From a virus: a stretch of 64,000 bases of DNA. The notes under the pieces are model-generated. The model did not search any database and was not told the origin of the DNA. It saw nothing but the letters and a program-made list of their open reading frames with translations. Below are positions 19,862 to 29,876 of this stretch, in pieces (position 1 is the stretch's first letter; every line of letters begins with the position of its first letter). The position numbers were made by a program, and so were the translations under genes. The stretch covers positions 64,001 through 128,000 of the IMG/VR virus record IMGVR_UViG_3300032291_003679; one strand, given 5' to 3'.

Positions 19862-20498
19862 CTTCTATTGATTTTGTGCTGACGTAAACTGAATAGACTT
19901 TCTTTCCATTTTCGTCTTCGCCTTCTACTTGCCAGTTTTCATCGTCCTGAAGAAACTTTGTAAACCCTGGCTCCATTTCGCAAAACTCGCCCAAAACTTT
20001 GATTGCATGAGCTATGTCTGATTCTGTCACCACGAAGTTTTCGTCTGACTTGGTATCCATGTCTGGATATTCATAAAAGAAAACATCTGAGTAAATATCT
20101 TCTACAGACTTACCAGAAGTACGAACTGTATTTTTTGGTTTTTTTCCTCTTAACGACGAAGCAAACTGAGCATCTGTCCAGTTGGTGAGTTTTCTAAACT
20201 TCTTTTTACAATTTTTCATTCCGGGATGATGGCATCCCTCATTTGGCCACAGCCCTGTAGTCTCGTGATGCAACCATGCACAAATGTTGTTAAGAGGGTA
20301 AAGCTCAGGGTGGTTCGCCAAGATAACTCGGCATCGTCTAAAACCGCCAGGCTTTTTCATTATGGGACGCCAGTAACGGAGAAGTCTTTCAAGGTTTCCG
20401 CGGCGAGGTCCGTAGCCGCGCAGGATATCCCCCGTTACGAGTTCCTGAGGCAGTAGGCCGCCTAGCGGGTCTGCCTTTGTAAACTCTTCAGTTGACAT
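19845..20498 (-). CDS. Head-module protein with a Cys/His motif seen in actinophage head proteins
   Basis: GNLERLLRYW...PGGFRRC..IL...ICAWLHHETTGLWP. Confidence 0.6.
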   Translation of the reverse strand: MSTEEFTKADPLGGLLPQELVTGDILRGYGPRRGNLERLLRYWRPIMKKPGGFRRCRVILANHPELYPLNNICAWLHHETTGLWPNEGCHHPGMKNCKKKFRKLTNWTDAQFASSLRGKKPKNTVRTSGKSVEDIYSDVFFYEYPDMDTKSDENFVVTESDIAHAIKVLGEFCEMEPGFTKFLQDDENWQVEGEDENGKKVYSVYVSTKSIEDECCG

Positions 20499-21003
20499 CT
20501 TTTTGCTCCTCTATTTCCCGTAGAAGACTCATTGCTTTCCATGCAAAATCTCGTTCTTCGGCTGTTTTAAACTTGTAAATACTTGTATCCAACTTTACCA
20601 TTCCATCGCAACATGACTTTGTAAGCATTTGCTGTTCAATGTTTTCGGAAATAAATGATTTAACTGCCCTTTTTGTTTTGTCTAGTTTTCTTTTGTTTTT
20701 TCCGAGTGATGAGTTTGTCGGCATTGACTCAAGCATCGAGTCTTTTATCGGCCTTGTTTTAGTTATGAAGGTCTCATACCATGCTCCAGAGGTTGAATCT
20801 TTGGGCGCATCCCATAAAAATCTTTGAAAAGGGGTTGTGCGAAGTTTTCTAAACCCTCTTGTAGTGCTGGATATCTGTATTATGTTGGCCCTGATAGATG
20901 TGCCATCGGGGCGCTCTATTACTGCATCTTTTTCTCCAGGACCAGCCTCAATGTCGTAGTAGACGCGGCTGTCATTGAGTAGACCCACGATTATTGACTT
21001 CAT
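20488..21003 (-). CDS. Hypothetical head-module protein
   Basis: 171-aa ORF overlapping both neighbours. Confidence 0.65.
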   Translation of the reverse strand: MKSIIVGLLNDSRVYYDIEAGPGEKDAVIERPDGTSIRANIIQISSTTRGFRKLRTTPFQRFLWDAPKDSTSGAWYETFITKTRPIKDSMLESMPTNSSLGKNKRKLDKTKRAVKSFISENIEQQMLTKSCCDGMVKLDTSIYKFKTAEERDFAWKAMSLLREIEEQKDVN

Positions 21004-24000
21004 AGACGACCCCCGTAGGTAGAGGTGATTCTTGGCTTGCTTGACTTTTTCATGTCCTTAAGCATTTCTTTAGCCATTGCGATTATTTCGCTAGATATTG
21101 ATTTTGCAAGAACTGATTCGACAGACTCTCCCTTTCCTGCCGTTTTAGAATGAGAGCGTGGGTCTTCTATGTTAAATCCACGCGGATGAGCAAATTTCAC
21201 GTTATTGAATCCGCGCTCTGAAAAGCTGTTTTTTATTTTTTGAGAAGCTCTATAATTTCTGAGCATCGCCATGCTTTCACTATTCATCATCTGACCGCCA
21301 CCAATAGAGTAGAAGTACTCAATTTCTTCTGGGGAAAATCCAGCGGCGCGCAATCTTTCGGCAATTGTTTTTGTGTTAACGATGTCGCTAATGTCTTCTT
21401 TTTCTGCTTCTTGTTCTATTTTTTTGAAAGGAACGTTTACTTGCTCAATGTCTGCCATGTCGAACCCACCAAGTATCTGGGCTTCAAATGGCTCACGAGA
21501 TGAACCTTCTGGAAGATTGGAATCAAAAGAGTTAGCCAGTTTTCCTTTTTTACCACGAGTAGCGTTGATGTTAGAAAAATCATTATTCAAAGACGCTGAA
21601 AGAAGGTTCATAAAAGCCTCCTGGCGCGTCTTTTCCCCATTTACACCGTCAGCGTTGAGAATGGCATCGGCCACGTCTTCACGATTGCGTGAATTAAGCC
21701 TCACTGGCCTGTGTGCAGTGCTAAGTGAATTTCCTCGACCGTAAGCAACTCGTTCCGAAACTCCCGGGCGAAGAACTATCTCCATGTCCCCAAGAGCGGT
21801 GAGTCCGTCACCCACGACATCTTGGTCGCCAATTTCAAACACAGCATCTGGCCTTAGATTCCCGGAGCCGTCTTTCATAACATCTTTTCGTTTGCTGTCA
21901 ATGTGTGATTTATGAATCAAATACCCGCTCACTGGTAGCTGGTCTGGTGCCACAGAATCCGGTATTCCGATACGCGCAAGGTATTCACGAACATAGTTCT
22001 CTGCAGATAACCCGACAGTGTCTCCGGATGGAGCCATGTCTGACTCCATGTCTCTTGTCTTTAATGTCGCCTGCGAGCGCCTAATCTTCGCCAGTCTTCC
22101 CATGTTGGCTCTTCCGCTAGACAGGGAGTTGCTTCTCTCTATGTCTGCAGCACGAATAATTTCGTCAAGTTGTCGTTCGCGCTCGCTAGAGATAGCGCTT
22201 GTTCTTCTTGTTTCAACCAAGCTTTGACGAACTTTTAGCGTTTGCGAGTATTCTGCATCATTTCTAAGACCAACGGAGCCAAGCTGTATAAAGTCACCTT
22301 CACTGTATTTTTCGTCAATGAGTCTTGGGCCGTTTTCAATTAAAAAAGCTTCGATAGCATCAATTTCTTCATTAGAAATATCTTCAATTCCCTGTGCTCC
22401 TGGAAGTCTCCCTTCTACCCAGTCATTCTCCGCCCCCAGCTTCGCCACCTTGATTCCCCACACATCTTGGAAAACCTTTCCGAGCGTCAGCCCTTCAACA
22501 ATGTCTGTTTGAACTTCATTTATGTTTAGTGGCATTTGAAGTTCTTCTGGCAGCGAGCGATTGGCTACAATCAGCGCCCCCCATCTGTGATGGCCATCAA
22601 GGATGTATCCATCTTTGGTAGCAAGAATTGGCTGCATAAACCACTCTTTGTTCATTTCGTCGAGGAATAGCTTTTTAAACTCTTCTGCTGATACCCCAGG
22701 ATTAGCTTTTCGCACTGCTTCTGCTTTAGCAACTGCAACTTCTTGCATTGTTTGCGCCGTGCCGTCGACCTTGCTTGCAACCAACTGCTGTTGTGATGGG
22801 GCTGCCAGGCCAGGGGCAACCTGCTTGCGCCTTACCGCAGGGCCATTATCGGGGTCTTCAACCTTTATCATCTTATTAAGCCAATTAATAAAAGGTGTTT
22901 CTAAGTTTACTTCGACATCATTCCAGTTTGTATTTGCGTATAGCCACTGTTTTGCTTCATCAGAAAGACTTTCGTACGATTCCTCTCTGTGTTGTGCTGC
23001 TGTCTTTTCGCCAAGCTCATTTCCAATAGAATGTTTTTTTGCTATAAGCTTGTACAGCATTTTTGGCGTATCTTCATCAGAAAGTGGCTCTTTACCTTTT
23101 TGTGCACGCTCTAAATTTTCTTTTGCAATATCTTTATCAAGGTCGTCCGCAAATTCGACTTCTAGTTTTCTGTTTCTTTCAATTTTTCCTAATGGTTCAA
23201 ATTTTCCTGCAGCACGCCCGGCAACAAGGGCGCGGACTGCAGCAGTGTCGTGGCCCTTTGTTCTTCCGTTTGTTTGAGGCATTTTTTCTCTGTCGATGCC
23301 TATATGTCCAGAACACATAAGATTTTTTGTTGGGTCATAAAGGGCGCACAGGTCTGCTTGGTAGCTCCCCACGTAATCTTTTTCCATTTTTTTGATAGTT
23401 GCAGGGTCGTCAAAATCAAAATCTCTATTTTCATTCATGTATTTTGATTTGTATTGCTCCCACTTCCAGTGGCCATTTTTTATATGGTCTTTAGCAATGT
23501 TTTTTACTTCATCTTCAAAAACTTTTTGTGCCTGTTCCGTTAGGCGAATGTCTTGCTCTTTTACTTCAACGTGATGACCAAGCATCATCATTGCAATAGC
23601 TGTTGGAACATCGTCTACTTCGTAAAGGTTTGGGTGTTTTTCACTTATTGAGAGTCGTGCTGACCGCCGCGCCAACCCGCCAAACATTTGGTTAATCTCG
23701 TCCTGGGTCATGTCGTCTATGTTTTTCCCATCTTCAATAACTTTATTGAAGATGTCTAACGCTTTTGTGGCGACTTCTTTTTCCTGGTTTCTACGAATTT
23801 TCAAGTTTTCTTGAGAATCTATAATTCTCCCCGAAGAAAGAGACCGCGATGCTCTTTGTTGGGGTGAAATGGAAGCCAATCTTTCCGCGCGACGTGATGT
23901 TCTTAGGTCTTCATCAGATGCGCTAGAAAAAGGGGAACGTATTCCAGCCCCAGATGAAAGACGCTCTATATCTTCATCTGTTGCTCTTACTCTGACTCTT

Positions 24001-27000
24001 CTGTCAAACCCTTCGTGCATTCTGTAGGCGGTCTCAGAAGCCCTTACTATTAAAAGCTCTTCTGGGGTCTCCGCAATTAGCTTTGCCACAGCTGGATGGA
24101 TATCTCCACGAGAAATGCTTCCGTCGCCTCTTCCGCCACCTAGTGCATCTTTTACGTTTCTTACGGTCGAGGACATGGAGGTGTTTCTTGAATTTGTTCT
24201 TTCTGGTCTTGTAGCAGGCTTGCCTAGAGTGTCTCCACTGGAAAGTGTGGTTCTTCCGCTCGAAAGATGCGGTGGAACTTCATCAAAACCTTCACCAAAT
24301 GAGCCACCAGCATCTATTATTTCATCAACCGAAACGCGGCTTGCGGTCACCGTCGCGTCGTCATAGTCGCTTCTAGGTCCAGGGAAGGTATCTCCAGAAG
24401 CGCGACGCTCAGTTACATACTTGTCGACCATCGCTTGTATTTTTTTGCCGTGGCTCTGCGCCCAGATTGCATCTGTTTTGTTCTTTGAAAGATTTTCTGC
24501 CATTGAGTCAACAACTTGAACAGTATCTTTTTGGTAAGAAATTTCAGCTCTTATCGTTCCGTCAGCGTCTCGTCCAATGATTCTTATCTTCCCAGGAGGG
24601 GCAACGAATTTCTGCTCGGTATCTCCGCCTGTAGTTGGAAACAATCCACGGTCGCCTTCGCGAACGGAAAGAATGACGCGTCGAGGCGTTCTTCCAGTTT
24701 TGGGGTCTTTTGTCCCTCGCGCTGGCATGTCTGTTTTTACGGTTCTGCTGGTAATTACTCGGCCGGAAACAAACTGTTCTAGGTCAATCTCTCTGCCTTC
24801 AACCTTGCCCTTAAGTTTGGATGGGTCAAAATCAATAATTGCTTCTATGTCAAATGGGTCAGCAACGGAAGTTTTATCTATCGCCTCCATGGTTGGTATC
24901 AGCAGTTTTTCTACTTGCTGAACAACGTCGCCTTCTGCGGAGGACATTGGGTCAATTTCTAGACCCAAGCGCTTGAGGCGTGCATTTCTCTTATTTATTG
25001 CGCGTCCAGCACGTGTCTGAATAACTGGGTCAAGCATTTTGCCTACGTCAGATTCAGAAACATCGCCCAACTCTTTCATGGCCTTTTTCTGCTCTGCGTT
25101 AGCTTTTACTCTTCTTCTTTCGCGTGCGCCATGGTCGGCTGCATCTTTAGCGTTCTTAAATTTTTTCTTCGGCTTGGGTGGTGGACTGATTATGTCAGTT
25201 ATTTTTTTGTCTAATTCTTTTTTGATTTGAGCTTTTGTTCTCTTGTCGCCAGAAGATTTAAGATTTTCAATGTATTGGTCACGAATGACTTCTATCTCGT
25301 CAGCAAGTTTTCTAAATTCGTCAGATGCTGGGTCGAGCGTAGAAAGACGCACTTCTTCATCTACAAGTTTCTGTACTATTTTCTTTTCGGGCATCGCCTT
25401 GATGCGCTCACGAAGGTCGTCTAGGTCAGCTTTGCGGGCGATTTCTGCCATTTCGCCCGGGTCTAGAAGACCTTCGCTTTCCCGAATAGAACGAACTGTT
25501 TCGTCAAATCTTTTCTTTTCTCCACTAGCGCCGACGCCGAATTTTTTACGCCAAATCTTGCTGGCTTCATCATATTTTTTGCTATGAAAATCGAGCTCTC
25601 TTTGGGCATCTCTAATTGCTTCGGATTTCGCTCTCTCCATAAAAATTCGTTCATCGTCAGCAAGTGACTCATCTATTTCGAATTCTTTATAACTTTCAAG
25701 TCTTCTAGAAGCGTCGTCTCTTTGTGAAGCTATTATTGCTGCCTCTGAGAACATGTCATCTTCTGCGAGTTCGGCAAAACTTGTTTTAAATTCTGCCAAC
25801 TCTGCTCTTAGCTCTGATGCGAGTCGAACATCCCTATCCTCAAGAGTTTCTTCAATTACGTCATCTGGCATATCTTCTGGAACAATTGTGTCGTCTGGAA
25901 TGCGAAAGACATCATCGAGCGATTCTAGGTCTGCCGTATCGTCGCTTTCAGCGCGAGCTCTTGAGGATTTAGAGAAAGATAATCCGTCCATCCATTCGAG
26001 AGCAGCGTCGACGTCTTCGCCGTAGATTATTCCACGTTCACGAAGTGCCCATATCTCAGCAGCGGCTTCCAGTGCCCACACTTCCGAGCCTTCGGTGTAT
26101 ACGTCTCTTGGATACGACCCAGCAAGTGGAGCAATTTTCTTAAGTCTCTCCATTGCGCTGTCTAGCGCTTCAAGGTTAATTGAGTCCGCAACGTCGGTCA
26201 TAATTGACATAATGTCGGAGCCGCTTAATGCATAAATTGAATCGACGTTACGAGAACCAACGACTACCCCATCCTTGATGATAGGAACACGTATGAAGCC
26301 CATCTCGTCTATCTCGTCTTGAATTTTTTCTATGAACACCTGCGCTTGCTTGTGGTGCGCTATTTCGTGAATCATAATGTGGCTAGAAAAGCCGTAAACT
26401 CCATCTAGCAGGCCTGCCATGCCTCTTGCCGAATAGTCGGCGTTGACCAAAAAGTCAGCTACAGCAAGACGACCTTCAGCTTCGCTTCTTGCTCCAACTG
26501 CAGAAATTGCGAGCCTTTCGTTTGGAAGCATGTCTGGCAACATTGTTTCTTGATTAGCAAGAATCATCCCCATGTTGACATGAATCTGGGTGCGAAGTTC
26601 TCCAGGAGTCTTCCCCATCACAGGATTTCCATCCCTATCAAGAACGGGGGTTCCGTCAGGCTTTAGTCGTGGACTAATTGACGGCGCATCCCTGTATACG
26701 GATGTTCCTGCTTCATCTCCTGAATCGAATCTGTAAACTATCCGCCCAATGCCACGCATGCTTTCTGGGTCTTTTACAAATTGGTCTATAAGTGATTCAA
26801 ACAAAGCTCTTTGTGTGTACTTGTACCTGTCAAAGTCAGACTTAAGAAGTCTGCTCTTTTCTTCGTTTGAAAGACCGCGCCATCCGGGAATGCTTTCTAG
26901 TCTTACTTCACAAAATCTTTCTATTTCTGAATCAAGTAGTAAAGCTGCGCCTTCACCAGAAGCATTGAGGACCTCTATGTCCCAGCCAGCTCTCCCACCG

Positions 27001-28175
27001 GAATCAACATGCATCTGCTGCAGGGCCCTAACTGCCAGTATTGCTGCATCTGGGTCTTCAGAATCAATACCAAGCGCGTCATATATGCGCGCTGCTTCCG
27101 CTTTCTGACGAGCAATATCATCTTGCCCGCGGATTGCACCGTTCTTGAAGAGACGCAAGTTCTCCTCAACAGGGATATCTCTCCACGATGGTGGCTTAAA
27201 TCTGTCACCAGAAATACTGTCCCAGTATGCAACTCGACCAAGAAAGGCTGGGTCTGCTATTTGCCTGGTTGACTTGCTGTATTGGTCGTTGTATAAAAAA
27301 TTAAAGAATGTTTTTGCATTGTTTCTTAGGCCCTCATATTGGCCTTCTGATTCAAGCTTTGCTGCTTGTCGTGCGGCAAATCGGGCGAACTTTGTTGGGC
27401 TAAAACCAAAACAGTTAGAGCCAGTAGCGTCAGTGAACTGGTTTGCAGCAGGCGTTCCAGGAGGGCATCTAAATTTGTTATTTTCATCGCGAAGAATGCC
27501 AAATACTGCAGCAGCACGTGAAAGCAGAGAGCCGCCTGGGACTCTCGATTCAAGACTGCGTCCAGGAAGCATCTTTTTCTCTATAAGGTTGTCTTTATAT
27601 TTACGAATAGACTTTTGTTTTTCTTCGTAACTAAGACCAGCGGCCATGCCAAAGGGGTCGACTATTTTTTCCGACTCTTGTATAACTTCGTCCGTCTTCG
27701 GATTTACTTTGTACTTGCTGAGCTTAATTGATGGCTTCGACCTATACATCTGAAGCATCTCTTCAAAGCTTGTTGGCGCATTTTTGTCTGGCTTAATCCA
27801 TCCAACGTTTGGCTTTGCGTCCATTCCTTCGCGCGACTGAAATGATGGACTAATGACGAGGGTGGAGCCAGGCTCCCATGTTGCCGCCCCTTCCCATCGA
27901 TAACCAAACTCGTTTGACTCCACGCCAGGCAAAGTGCCGCCCGTAAAGTCTCGTTTCTTTCCATCTGTATCTTCGTAGGTTTTTACCCTTATGCCGAACC
28001 CTTCCGTTATAGCTTTTACGGCTATATCGGCCTGAAGGCGGTTTGTTTCGATGGAAGCATTAATCGACTGCTTGAATCTGACAGCCTTTTCATTGAATCC
28101 GCCGCAGCAAGAGGTCGGCACCATGAGTCGTGCTGCAACTATTACTCTTTCCCGCGTTATTGGGGTATTCGCCAT
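21000..28175 (-). CDS. 2391-aa polyvalent protein: zincin (HExxH), degenerate VIP2-like ART, ParB-like nuclease, DUF3626/ART-like domain
   Basis: HEIAH at 26355-26369 plus downstream EAAAE; PILATKDGYILDGHHRW (~22581-22635); PVSGYL...GDMEIVLR...GNSL...EAQILGG (~21430-21960); five LSSG motifs. Confidence 0.75.
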   Translation of the reverse strand: MANTPITRERVIVAARLMVPTSCCGGFNEKAVRFKQSINASIETNRLQADIAVKAITEGFGIRVKTYEDTDGKKRDFTGGTLPGVESNEFGYRWEGAATWEPGSTLVISPSFQSREGMDAKPNVGWIKPDKNAPTSFEEMLQMYRSKPSIKLSKYKVNPKTDEVIQESEKIVDPFGMAAGLSYEEKQKSIRKYKDNLIEKKMLPGRSLESRVPGGSLLSRAAAVFGILRDENNKFRCPPGTPAANQFTDATGSNCFGFSPTKFARFAARQAAKLESEGQYEGLRNNAKTFFNFLYNDQYSKSTRQIADPAFLGRVAYWDSISGDRFKPPSWRDIPVEENLRLFKNGAIRGQDDIARQKAEAARIYDALGIDSEDPDAAILAVRALQQMHVDSGGRAGWDIEVLNASGEGAALLLDSEIERFCEVRLESIPGWRGLSNEEKSRLLKSDFDRYKYTQRALFESLIDQFVKDPESMRGIGRIVYRFDSGDEAGTSVYRDAPSISPRLKPDGTPVLDRDGNPVMGKTPGELRTQIHVNMGMILANQETMLPDMLPNERLAISAVGARSEAEGRLAVADFLVNADYSARGMAGLLDGVYGFSSHIMIHEIAHHKQAQVFIEKIQDEIDEMGFIRVPIIKDGVVVGSRNVDSIYALSGSDIMSIMTDVADSINLEALDSAMERLKKIAPLAGSYPRDVYTEGSEVWALEAAAEIWALRERGIIYGEDVDAALEWMDGLSFSKSSRARAESDDTADLESLDDVFRIPDDTIVPEDMPDDVIEETLEDRDVRLASELRAELAEFKTSFAELAEDDMFSEAAIIASQRDDASRRLESYKEFEIDESLADDERIFMERAKSEAIRDAQRELDFHSKKYDEASKIWRKKFGVGASGEKKRFDETVRSIRESEGLLDPGEMAEIARKADLDDLRERIKAMPEKKIVQKLVDEEVRLSTLDPASDEFRKLADEIEVIRDQYIENLKSSGDKRTKAQIKKELDKKITDIISPPPKPKKKFKNAKDAADHGARERRRVKANAEQKKAMKELGDVSESDVGKMLDPVIQTRAGRAINKRNARLKRLGLEIDPMSSAEGDVVQQVEKLLIPTMEAIDKTSVADPFDIEAIIDFDPSKLKGKVEGREIDLEQFVSGRVITSRTVKTDMPARGTKDPKTGRTPRRVILSVREGDRGLFPTTGGDTEQKFVAPPGKIRIIGRDADGTIRAEISYQKDTVQVVDSMAENLSKNKTDAIWAQSHGKKIQAMVDKYVTERRASGDTFPGPRSDYDDATVTASRVSVDEIIDAGGSFGEGFDEVPPHLSSGRTTLSSGDTLGKPATRPERTNSRNTSMSSTVRNVKDALGGGRGDGSISRGDIHPAVAKLIAETPEELLIVRASETAYRMHEGFDRRVRVRATDEDIERLSSGAGIRSPFSSASDEDLRTSRRAERLASISPQQRASRSLSSGRIIDSQENLKIRRNQEKEVATKALDIFNKVIEDGKNIDDMTQDEINQMFGGLARRSARLSISEKHPNLYEVDDVPTAIAMMMLGHHVEVKEQDIRLTEQAQKVFEDEVKNIAKDHIKNGHWKWEQYKSKYMNENRDFDFDDPATIKKMEKDYVGSYQADLCALYDPTKNLMCSGHIGIDREKMPQTNGRTKGHDTAAVRALVAGRAAGKFEPLGKIERNRKLEVEFADDLDKDIAKENLERAQKGKEPLSDEDTPKMLYKLIAKKHSIGNELGEKTAAQHREESYESLSDEAKQWLYANTNWNDVEVNLETPFINWLNKMIKVEDPDNGPAVRRKQVAPGLAAPSQQQLVASKVDGTAQTMQEVAVAKAEAVRKANPGVSAEEFKKLFLDEMNKEWFMQPILATKDGYILDGHHRWGALIVANRSLPEELQMPLNINEVQTDIVEGLTLGKVFQDVWGIKVAKLGAENDWVEGRLPGAQGIEDISNEEIDAIEAFLIENGPRLIDEKYSEGDFIQLGSVGLRNDAEYSQTLKVRQSLVETRRTSAISSERERQLDEIIRAADIERSNSLSSGRANMGRLAKIRRSQATLKTRDMESDMAPSGDTVGLSAENYVREYLARIGIPDSVAPDQLPVSGYLIHKSHIDSKRKDVMKDGSGNLRPDAVFEIGDQDVVGDGLTALGDMEIVLRPGVSERVAYGRGNSLSTAHRPVRLNSRNREDVADAILNADGVNGEKTRQEAFMNLLSASLNNDFSNINATRGKKGKLANSFDSNLPEGSSREPFEAQILGGFDMADIEQVNVPFKKIEQEAEKEDISDIVNTKTIAERLRAAGFSPEEIEYFYSIGGGQMMNSESMAMLRNYRASQKIKNSFSERGFNNVKFAHPRGFNIEDPRSHSKTAGKGESVESVLAKSISSEIIAMAKEMLKDMKKSSKPRITSTYGGRL

Positions 28176-28189
28176 CTGGCGTCCCCTTC

Positions 28190-29761
28190 TTAGTTGTCGT
28201 CTAGGGTGTCTTCGAGCAACTGGAACTCGACAAGAGAAGCCATGAACTCAGCGTCACTCAAGTCGCCAACTTTTTCTTCTCCGCCAGCAATCCAATTGCC
28301 AGGAATCATGCTTTCGAGCTTAAGTGCACGAGCACGCTTCATGATGTGCTTCTTTGTTGCCTCTTTGTCTTTTGCTCGTCCATATGCCTGGATAGCATTG
28401 CGCAAGTCGGTTTCAGAGACAATTGGGTATGAGCCATCTGCCATTGCTTCGCCGCTCTTCGCCAAGTCAAAGCGACGCTCTTCAGAGAAAGCGCGCTTGA
28501 GGGCAATTTCTGCAGCTTCTGCTTCGATTTCTTCAACTTCGTCAGCCTCGTACTTGTCGTAACCCAGAACCTCTCCGTCTAGGGCGACAAAAACGTCGTA
28601 CGACTTGCCATCAAATCCTTCGATTTCCACAGCGTATGCATCAAAGCCTTCAAATACGTCTGGCTCTACGGCGATTACTGTTCCGTCGATTGATTTAACT
28701 GCAATTTCAGCAGCTTCCGTGAAGTCAATAAGGTGGAAGTCACCAATATCTGACTTTTGTTCAAAGCTAGAAGAGTCAAGCTTGTGGAAGCCAAGTATCT
28801 CTGCTGATTGACCGTCAATGAAAACTTCATTGACCGAGCCATCTTTAACCTGAACGTCAACAACAAACATGTCTGCGTCTGAAGAATATCCAGAATCTAC
28901 GACAACACCGTCGAACATCTTTTCAGCAAGGCCTTCTACGTGAAGAATTCCTGGCATTCCTTTTTCTGCAACACATCCGCCAGGACAGTCGTCGCACACC
29001 GGAGAAGAGCCGCCATAGGCTTTGCGCTCAATTGCGCAAACATAACCGGTTGCGCCAATGTCGGAAGTCTTCAAACCCATGGATTTGATTCTCGAACGAC
29101 GAATTTGTTCCCATTCAGAGTCGCGAGCCGAGAAAGACTTTGTACCCATTTCTGCGTACTCTTCCTCGTCTTCTTCGTCCTCTTCTTCTTCGGCAACATC
29201 TTCTTCTTCTTCTTCGTCTTCCATCATTTCTTCGTCTTCAAGTTCAGCTTTCATGCCTCGCATTCTGCGCATGCGCTGTGCTCTGCCGCCGCTTGAGCCC
29301 ATCATCTTTTCTTCGTCAGATTCCATGTCCTCTTCGTCTTCAGGCATTTCATCTTCGTCGATTTCGTCTTCTTCGACCATTTCTTCGGCGTCGTCTTCGC
29401 TCATCATGACAGGAGCACCCTTTTTCTTGGGCATGACAGCAGCAAGTTCCTCTTCGGTCATTTCTGGCTCTTCCTCCTCATCAATCATGTCCATGAGTGC
29501 GTGTCCAGGCTTTTTGCCGTCCATCTTTTTCTTCACGGCGACAGCTGCTGTTGGGTTAAGCGCGTCTTCTGCCTCGATAGTTTCTTCGTCCTCTTCAGAG
29601 GATGCTGGAACCATCTTCATCTCGACAGGCATAGCACCACACTTGGCGCATAGCTCTGCTCCCTTGACGAAACCGCAATCTCCAGCGGCTGCGCCTTTGG
29701 CGCACTTCAAGACATTGCCGTCACCGTCAATGCTTACAGTAGCTTTTTCGTCGTACTTCAT
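28190..29761 (-). CDS. Acidic scaffold-like protein with Cys motifs, two PepSY-like domains and a C-terminal DUF6582-like domain
   Basis: Long E/D-rich tract; EAAEIAVKSIDGTVIAVE...YAVEI...GKSYDVFVALDGEVLG (PepSY-like); GEAMADGSYPI....DLRNAIQAYGRAKD...HIMKRARAL. Confidence 0.65.
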   Translation of the reverse strand: MKYDEKATVSIDGDGNVLKCAKGAAAGDCGFVKGAELCAKCGAMPVEMKMVPASSEEDEETIEAEDALNPTAAVAVKKKMDGKKPGHALMDMIDEEEEPEMTEEELAAVMPKKKGAPVMMSEDDAEEMVEEDEIDEDEMPEDEEDMESDEEKMMGSSGGRAQRMRRMRGMKAELEDEEMMEDEEEEEDVAEEEEDEEDEEEYAEMGTKSFSARDSEWEQIRRSRIKSMGLKTSDIGATGYVCAIERKAYGGSSPVCDDCPGGCVAEKGMPGILHVEGLAEKMFDGVVVDSGYSSDADMFVVDVQVKDGSVNEVFIDGQSAEILGFHKLDSSSFEQKSDIGDFHLIDFTEAAEIAVKSIDGTVIAVEPDVFEGFDAYAVEIEGFDGKSYDVFVALDGEVLGYDKYEADEVEEIEAEAAEIALKRAFSEERRFDLAKSGEAMADGSYPIVSETDLRNAIQAYGRAKDKEATKKHIMKRARALKLESMIPGNWIAGGEEKVGDLSDAEFMASLVEFQLLEDTLDDN

Positions 29762-29876
29762 ACAACTCCCGTTAGTGCAGGGAAATGACCTGATAGACCA
29801 TTAACCAATAAATGTCTTTAATTATAACCTATCACGCTATACACGCGTGAATTAGCAACATCTGTTTCTTCTGTTT

